Shown here: positions 55,457-64,000 of the stretch, one piece after another | How positions within the stretch are numbered: the stretch's first letter is position 1 | Layout: every line of letters begins with the position of its first letter | Origin: the human T2T-CHM13v2.0 reference genome, Homo sapiens | Strand: one strand, 5' to 3' | DNA length: 64,000 nt | NCBI RefSeq assembly: GCF_009914755.1 | Contig: NC_060925.1 | Translations under genes and position numbers: made by a program | Notes under the pieces: model-generated | The model's input: only the letters and a program-made list of their open reading frames with translations | Told to the model about the DNA's origin: nothing | Database searches by the model: none

Positions 55457-56539
55457 CTCTCTCTGCTCTGCCTCCTGGAATAGTATGCGGAGGAACCCTT
55501 TAGCATACTAATATAATAAGGATGCTTTTTATGGCTTAAGAGATCTTGGGAATCCTTGGGAAATTGTTCAGTGACTCTCTGCAATGGAATTAATGTTTTA
55601 AACCCAGAAGCATGCATTCTATATAAGAGATATATTTTCAGAGCTCTTCTTGCTATGAGCTTTCCAACCCTTGCCTCCTACCACCCTGGGAGTGGTGCAC
55701 CCTCCACACCCCGCACCCTCCACCCCCAGATAATTGGATTGGAGCTAGTGTTCTTTGTTGTTTGCTTTTCAGAGAGGGGTGGTTGTGTATTATATTCTGG
55801 AAGGAATAGGTACTGCTGTAGTGTGAGTGCATTCTCTCGGGGACTCTGCAGATCCAAGGCCAGTTCTTCATTCTGAGCCCCTCAAGTCACTCCTTGGCCT
55901 CTGCTGTTCTTTAGCTAAAGGAAGAGATTCCCATTGTTCCCATCTATTTTTCCAAAGGGAGAATGCCAGTACTGAGGAAGAGGGTGGGCTTAGAGAGTCA
56001 ATCAATTATCTTTTGGGCTTAAAACTAAAGAAAATGAACCCATGGTTCAAGGATATCTACTTCATCATTTATTATTTTCCATGTGAAAACCCCCTTGGAG
56101 CAGGATAATCTTTTTCTAATCACTGTACTGAATGGATCCCCAAAACAGCCAACCAGAAATGGAATTTTAAAACATGGCTTATTTTAAATTAATTTATTTT
56201 CTTTTTTAAACCAATATAATGAGGAAGCAGAGAGGTACAGAAAGGGCTAGGGACTTAGCCAAGGTGACAGAGCTAATTAGTGACAGAGCAAAGATGCTTG
56301 CTGTTCATGTCTTCCACTCTAGTACTTTCTACTGTCTCTTTTCTCACAATCTTCAGAGGTGTATAGTTTACAACTGTGGCTATGTACAACAGACTATGTC
56401 TTCTAGATTGTAATTTTTTAAACTTAGCTAAAATAACCTATTGAAGATAAATATATTTTAATTTTTATAAATTTCACCTTAGCGATGTGACCTAAAATGT
56501 AACCACCTCAAGTAGACACTGAATTTTCTACATGAAATT

Positions 56540-56907
56540 TGCTGTGGACTAAATTGTGTCTTCAAAATTTGCATATTGAAGCTCTAGCTCTTGATGTGAC
56601 TGTATTTGGACATAAGGCTTCTAGGGGGTAATTAAGGTTAAATGAGGTTATAAGGGTAGGGTCCTAGTCTGATAGGATTGTTGGCCTTATAAGAAGAGGA
56701 AGAGAGAGATCTTTCTCTCCACCATGCAAGGACACAGTGAGAAGGCAGTCACCTGCAAACTAGGAGGAGAGTCCCCTCTAGAACCCAACCATGCTGGCAC
56801 CCTTATCTCAGACTTCCAGCCTCCACAACTACAAGAAAATACATTTCTTTTGTTTAAACCACCCAGTCTATGGCATTTTGCTATGGCAGCCCAAGTTGAC
56901 TAATATA
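56540..56907 (+). mobile_element. MaLR solo LTR (MLT1A-like)
   Basis: TGCTGTGGACTAAATTGTGTC...GTAATTAAGGTTAAATGAGG...ATCTCAGACTTCCAGCCTCC...TATGGCAGCCCAAGTTGACTAATA. Confidence 0.9.
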
Positions 56908-58427
56908 AAAGCTTTATTGCCTCACTAAATTCTGGTTTCTAGACCCAGTAGACATACAAATTACAAGATCATTGAGGCTGATCTGTGTTTTAGAAAAATC
57001 ATTCTGATAGTTCCTTTGAGGCTCTGTGTGCCTTTTGTGTGATTGAGTTGTGAGTGCTTCAGAGCACTTGCTTTAATTGTAAGGAATAGCTTATTGTTGA
57101 CTGGAAACATCCTGGCTCACAAATGAAATTGATGAAAGCTGGCCTGTCCTTCACTGAACCAGGAGTGAAGGATATATTAGCATTGTGATGTCACTGTGGC
57201 CAGAGGCCTTTGCTGGACTGGGAACTCACTTCTGAGTTCCTGAAATCACTTAATTATAGGCGAATACACATAATACCTGAACAGCATCACTGCACTATTT
57301 TTGTCTTCCCTTCCATGCTGACTTATTCATTAACATTTGTGTAAACCATCTGAACCATAGAATCCTTTTGGGAGGTCCTCCAGCTCATCTCTTCTATCTG
57401 TAGACCAACTTTTCCTCGAGCATCTCTAACAAAACTCAGAGGCTCTCATCTTCCCCACTGAAGAGTTGGTGCCCTTGAACTGATGGATTCAGCTGATGTC
57501 AAAATTGGAAACAAATATTAACGAATATTTAATTCAATCTCGGACAAAGTAAGAGATCTAAAAATGTGTGGTCCCAAGCCTCTTAAACTTCTTGAAATCA
57601 AAGAAAGCCAACTGCTGGCCTGAAGGTCTTGGCAGAATGGTAATGCTACTTCTATAGCATTAACCACCAAAAGCCCTTCATCTCCAAGGATAGACAGGCT
57701 CCTTCAATCACTCGGTGCACTAGAAGCCAGGAAACAAGAAAGGGCACCCACCCACACAGCCAGTCAGCACCTCTCATATCCTCCCACAGACCCTGTTCTC
57801 CAAATACTAGACAGCAGAATAATCAGTTAAGCCTTAGTGACTGCCAGGGTGTTTCAGATCCATTCAAATGACTGTGTTGGTTTTACTCAGGCTTGGCAAT
57901 TGTTCTTTGCAGAAGGCTGAGTCTAGCAATAGCCCCATTTCACAGCTGATGGTGCTAACCCATGGCAAGGCTTGAAGTCTCCACAGCAAAGGAATTGAGC
58001 AGCTCTGACTACAAGCCACCTGAAAGTGAATGAGCTCCTCAAATATTATCCGCCATTCTGCCACACTGCCAGTCACTAGGATAAAGAGAACCAGAAATGG
58101 TCGCTGGCTTTGTAGAATTCTCAATGTAGCAGAAAAGAAAGACTCATAAGAACTTATCATTACAGTGTGAAAAGGGCTGTAATGTTGGAAAGGAAGCAAG
58201 GAGGCTACAGGAGCAGAGAGGAGGGTAACCTAATGCAGATTCTTAAAAACTGGCTAAATTAAATTAAAGATGTAAGGCATTGTTAACTTTAAAGGTTTTC
58301 CTTTTTAGATTCCAGGATGATCTCTGTACCTTCTAATATAGTTTTTTTGAAAAAACAAACTTGATTTTTAAAAACTTTGGTTTAATTTCAACATTCTCTC
58401 ATGTTGGCTTTTTAAAAACCTCTTTCT

Positions 58428-58733
58428 GGCTAGGTGTGGTGACTCATTCTTGTAATCCCAGCATTTTGGGAGGCCAAGGTGGGCAGATCAATTGAGCTCA
58501 GGAGTTTGAGACCAGCCTAGGCAACATGGCAAAACACCATCTCTACAAAAAAGTTTTAAAAATTAGCCAGGCATGGTGGCATGTGTCTGTGGTCCTGGCT
58601 ACTCAGGAGGCTGAGGTGGGAGGATCACCTGAGTCCAGGAGGTTGAGGCTGCAGTGAGCCATGATTGCACCACTGCACTCCAGCCTGGGCGACAGAGTGA
58701 GACTTTATCTCTAAAACAAACAAACAAAAAACA
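58428..58733 (+). mobile_element. Alu (AluJ-type) with (CAAA)n tail
   Basis: Dimeric Alu; TSD AAAAACC(-/A)TCTTTCT; TT/AAAA site. Confidence 0.95.
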
Positions 58734-59435
58734 AAAAACCATCTTTCTAACCCTTTCTGTTTTTAGCGTGGGCTTGGGGAATGAGGTGTATTTTCTCAGT
58801 GATACCATCAGGGGTGGGAAGGATAAGGCCAAGTACAGTGGGAATACAGACGGTTCCTAGGGTCACCTGCAGAAGAATAGCCAGATGGGGAAACTCAACG
58901 CCTAAGAGATTCAGATGTTTAAGAGTCATGTAAAAGCCTCAAAAGCATTTGAGGTCCCAACATGTAAAGTATAGGAATTCTCAGGTTGGTATTTGGGCAT
59001 CAGAGAGTTGGGTGGAGGTTGTAAAAAGGTCTGCCACAGAGGACAGTTGGAAGGTTCTGGTGCTGAAATCAGTGGGGAATGACAGAGGCTAAACAGGCTC
59101 AGGCAGAGGTTATGTATGACAACTGAGTCTCTTTTTTCCTCCTGTTAAAAAGTTAGTGATTTTATCTATCTCAAGTTTGTTGTAAGCTATAAATGAAACT
59201 CTCACATATAAAAAGACTAGTCCTTGAAAAAATCCCCACCTCTCCTTTCTCCTACCCCCTTCCTCTGCATTCTCACACTACTCTTTTTCACTTTTCAGAA
59301 GCCAGTAGTGTAGAGAAAGAGCTATTCTAAAATATTCTATACAATGTGTGCCACTAGGCTTCTAAGGGAGATGGTGATGTAGTAACTTTCAAGACACTTA
59401 GTCTAGTATTGCAATTGAAAAAAAAAATTGAACAG

Positions 59436-59855
59436 TATATATTAGTCAGAATAGGCCAATTACTGTAACAAACAACCCTGAAATCTCAATGGTTTGACAC
59501 AGTCAGGGTTAGCTCTTGCTCATTTCACAGTTCAGCATGGGTCCATAGGATGCTATACTCCACTCAGTCATTCAGGGACCCAGGTGCCTCTCATCTAGTG
59601 GCTCTGTTCTCCTTTAGGGCCTCAGAGTTCTCCTTTGTACCCTTTGCATCTACTTGGTAGGCAAAGGAAGAGAGAGAGTGAAGATGGCACATCATAGAGA
59701 AATTGTTAGAGACTAGTCTTAAAAGTGATGTGCATCACTTCCACCCACATTCCAATGGCCGGAGCTCAATCACTCAGCCCCACTGTATTCTAGCTGTATG
59801 GCTAGGCAGAAAAGGAAATAGGACTGGGTGGACACTTGGCAGTCCCTGCACCGCA
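59436..59855 (-). mobile_element. MaLR solo LTR (MLT1I/J-like)
   Basis: ATTAGTCAG...CTGTAACAAACAACCCTGAAATCTCAATGG...GTCATTCAGGGACCCAGG...CATCACTTCCACCCACATTCCAATGGCC. Confidence 0.85.
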
Positions 59856-60984
59856 GTCAGAGGTAGCCCAAAATGAGGCAAATTATTGGAAAAGTAGTGA
59901 ATGAGCTCCCTTTCACTGAAGGTATGTAAGCAGAGTCCAGTGACCCCTTATTTTCCAAGTCCTACTGGAGTAAGGTGGGGGAAATTTAAGCTAGAAGAAT
60001 GCAGAGGACCTTTCTATCTTTGAGGTTCTCTGATTCAGTAAAGCAGAAGGGAATTGGAGCTGAATTACCCATCTGAATTTCCGGTGACTTAAACTGAGTT
60101 CTTGGAGTAGAAATAGAATGTTGAATTTCATTTCATGAATTGTTCTTCCAGCTTGACGTATTGGAGATTTTTAGCACGCACGCTCACACCTGGCTGCTCG
60201 CCACCTTCTGCCATTGCAGATACGCTTACAGGAAACCGTAAGTGGATCTGCTTTTGATGCTGGCAGCGTCTTACTAAAATGCTTTTGCTGGCATCATGGA
60301 ACAGGAGCAGAATTCAGCTGGGACCAATAATGAGGCTATTTAGAAAGTTCTCTCCTCCACCCCCTGACAAGGCAGATGTGGTAGGGATTTTTCCACTCCC
60401 ATTCTGTCGATGGTGGCCAAAATTAGTTCAAGGCCATCAGAAGTGTTTAGACCTCAAGAGTTGAAACCCCAGACCCATAAAGAGGACAAATCCTCTTCCT
60501 CACGTCTAGCAAGAGAAGAAGAAACTCACCCCCAAAGACTCCCAACACAGAAATTTGTCACCTATTGTTCCGTAACAGACTTTAAAAAGGCACAGCCATG
60601 TGTCAGTTTGGAAGGAAAAGAAGCACTGACCTCCATTAAAAATATCTCCAAGTAAGTTAAAGTTGCTAATGCTTTCCTTTTCCTGAAACCATGTTGTATT
60701 GAAACAACATTTTCTTCTAAGCACTTTCACTTCTATCATCTCATGTTAAAATCCCCAGCCATTGTAGTGTGAGGTAGGGATGTCATGTTTTATCCCCATT
60801 TAATAGATGAGACTTCTTGAGGTGCAGAGAGATTAAGTGGCTCGCTTAAGGTCTGTGAGACATGTATGCAAGATGAGTACCCAAATCTCTATACTTCCAA
60901 ACTCTTTCGCCTAGACCACACAAGATTGTATCAGCTGATGGGTTTTTTGGCCATTCTAGTTCACTGTAACTGACTCTGTCCATC

Positions 60985-61385
60985 TGTTGATCCATTAATC
61001 CATCTGTCCATCCACAAACTGTACCAGGCATTGTGCTTCAGATACAGAGATAAATAAGGGTCTTTGCCTTCACAGCTTAGTAGGAAAGATGGAAATAGAG
61101 ATAAATAAATGATGGATACAAGTACATATATAGACAAGTTATGATGGGTATATGTGTGGGGAAGGGCCAGGATTGGAAACACAAAAAGAGCATGGTAAGT
61201 TCTTCCTTAGAAGGTCAGGGATGATGTCACAAAGGTGACATTTGAGCTGAATCTTATAGGTGTATGACCATCAGACACACAAGGGGTCGGGGGCATCCCA
61301 GGCGAGACACCAACTTGTGCAAAGGCATAAAATGTGGCCTATGCAGGGATGTTCTGGCATGTTTCGGGATGGTTTTAGAGAGTAA
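60985..61385 (-). mobile_element. L2 fragment
   Basis: TGTACCAGGCATTGTGCT...AGGTGACATTTGAGCTGAATCTT...TGCAAAGGCAT. Confidence 0.7.
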
Positions 61386-62477
61386 TGAACCCAACGGGGG
61401 CACCCTGGCAGCATTGCTGAGCTAAAAGTAAAAGAAGATATTCTGTAATACTTGTGTGCACCCTTGTTCCTGGACTCATGCGACATCTCAATTCTCTGAC
61501 TTTAGGCAGTGGTTTGGGTCTGACCCACACAATTTAGTCTTTGATTATGTACTCTTGCCTTATTCTGCCCATGTTTTCATCATTAGGCGTGGGCTCCCTA
61601 GTCTGACTGTAAACACTAATAACAGTACATTGTGAGTGCCAAGGGACTGCTTGGTGATTTTTAAATATTCAGAAATCAAGCAGTGAGCCCAAGAGAATAT
61701 GAGCAGGATGTAGCACCATGAGAGGAAAAATATATGGACTTTAGTTCAGTTAGGTAAACCAGCACCATGCCAGGCATGGAGGGCACAGAAGTTGTTGACG
61801 TCAAAGAGCTTACAGTCTTGAGTGGAAGGTAGACAGGGAAGCTAGTAATCACAATTCAATAAGGACAAGAGTAACCTGTGGAACAAGTTCTGTGAGAGCT
61901 CAAATAGGGAACCATTAATTCTGCCTATTCTCACTCCAATATAAATTCCCAGGGCAGGGGATTTTGTGTGCCTTGTTTACTGTTGAATCCCCAATGTCTG
62001 GCACATAGTAGGTGTTCAATAAATATTTGCTGAATGAATTTATTGAAATTAATTCTTGAACTTGATTTATGATCATCAAGGATAAGTGGGGACAAGTGTT
62101 CCAGACAGAGAGAGAATAGCTTGGGCAAAGAAACATACATAGGTGCAAGTTTTAATTTGCCCAAATGTTGTTTCCCTAAATGTACTGCCAGAGAGTGTTC
62201 TTATAAAGTTTGGATATCATTGAGATTTCTGGATGGTGGCCTTTCTTTCTTTTCTTTTATTATTGTTTGTTTGTTTTTAAACTTTTGATTGAATTCTCCC
62301 CACACATTACTGTGCTCAGTGTCTTGAGAAGATTGACCATACTGGCACATTTTAACCAGGGCTTCTGTCAACTGATGTCCTTTTGAACCACCTGCATTAG
62401 GGTGCACATTGTTGCATCCTCTACCCTCATCCCTCTGTTGGAAACCGTAGTGGCTATCAGGTAAAATTGGTCATAGG

Positions 62478-62580
62478 TAATGTGACCATGTGACCTGGTT
62501 TGCCATTACTGGTTTATGCCTGTTGTCTTGTTGTAATTATTAATAGAGACTCCTTGCACTCTCAAAAATATCTGGGTTTG
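62478..62580. mobile_element. MER94-like (hAT) fragment
   Basis: GGTTTATGCCTGTTGTCTTGTTGTAATTATTAATAG...CACTCTCAAAA. Confidence 0.65.
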
Positions 62581-62849
62581 CCCGAGAGAAGCATCAGTCA
62601 AGAAAAGTGGTTGATGTAGAAAGCCCCATTACCAGACATTGGGAGCACTAATTCAACACTTACTTAGCAGATATTTATTGAATGTGATTCTATTCTGGAC
62701 ACTTCAGGGACCCGTAAGTATGAACAAAACGTGGTCTCTCCTTTGCCCTTAATTCAAAGTGATGATTGTACATATCCTAGCTTTCTCGTGGTTATAAGAA
62801 TAACACAGTAAATACTCTGTGAATATTTGTTGAATGATTATAATGAGTA

Positions 62850-63015
62850 AATGATGTATGTTATTTAACCTCTTTCTTAGTTTTCCTTATATGTCAATGC
62901 AGAGATAATAATAACAGTACCTACCTTATAGGATTGTTGTGAAACTAAGTGAGTAAATACATATAAAGAGCTAAGAGTAGTATCTGACACAGTAAATGCT
63001 CAATAGATAGCAGTA
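62850..63015 (+). mobile_element. MIR
   Basis: GATAATAATAACAGTACCTACCTTATAGGATTGTTGTGA...GTAAATGCTCAATA. Confidence 0.8.
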
Positions 63016-63564
63016 TTGTCTGAAAGCACTTTGCAAACACAACAGAGCTACCTATAGCTTTCTGCAGCTTAAAAATGAGAAAAGCAGCGATTTGGAAGCT
63101 TTGTCTAGGAAAGGTTGCATTTGTTAATTTATTTAACTATCATTTATTATGAATCAGATATAAGCCCCATCCTCAAGGAGCTCAAGTGGGACAGACATGC
63201 AAAAGAAGACTATGAATCTACATACATTTATGTCATAAAACCATGTCCTATAAATTTGTGGGTTTTGTTAGAGGTCTGCTGGGTACCACTTTATAGACCA
63301 TTCATTGACAGTTTCAGCAGAAGGGGTGGATGTTGATTGCTATTAATCAAGGAAGCAATGTGGTTAGATTGGAATTTAAGAAAGGTTACTGTGGCTGGTA
63401 GATGGTATTCATTTAAAACTGAAGGTAAAGATACGTTGATGGTAATAATTCAAGACAGGATCAAGATACCAGCTTTATTTTCCCAGCCCTCTCTCAGTAT
63501 TTGTGAAACCTGTGTTGTCAAACTTGAGTGTTTCCATTGTTAATTGTTGTACTTCATGTTTCTA

Positions 63565-63915
<351 letters not shown>

Positions 63916-64000
63916 AAATTATTCGGAGGAAGATTAATTGTGAAGCATTCAGGTAGGTGAAAAGTGTGAGAGGAGTAAGCACTGTTATCCTGTATGCTTG

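Overview
This is primate (most likely human) genomic DNA, AT-rich and dense in old interspersed repeats: MIR, L2, MaLR/ERVL solo LTRs, Tigger/MER DNA transposons, Alus and truncated L1s. The only clear gene landmark is a CpG-island promoter at ~16.9-17.65 kb with a + strand first exon ending at a donor at 17135/17136. It is followed by at least 47 kb of apparent first intron with no recognisable protein-coding exon. From memory the first exon resembles the non-coding exon 1 of SYTL2 (11q14); this is unverified recall. None of the supplied ORFs is a credible gene; they derive from Alu, L1 and LTR sequence or are GC-rich or chance frames. I found no new multi-gene system. The most interesting unexplained structures are an ungapped 94-bp inverted copy of nearby DNA inside an MLT2 LTR (45.6/46.0 kb), an alternating inverted-repeat cluster at 15.5 kb, a 44-bp tandem duplication carrying two AATAAA signals in intron 1, an ATG at the end of exon 1, candidate alternative or cryptic exons (13.5, 47.4, 60.2 kb), a perfect ARE/MARE-type site at 42.9 kb, and several nested insertions with intact target-site duplications (TSDs). 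Repeat subfamily names come from recalled consensus similarity, and boundaries of old repeats are approximate.
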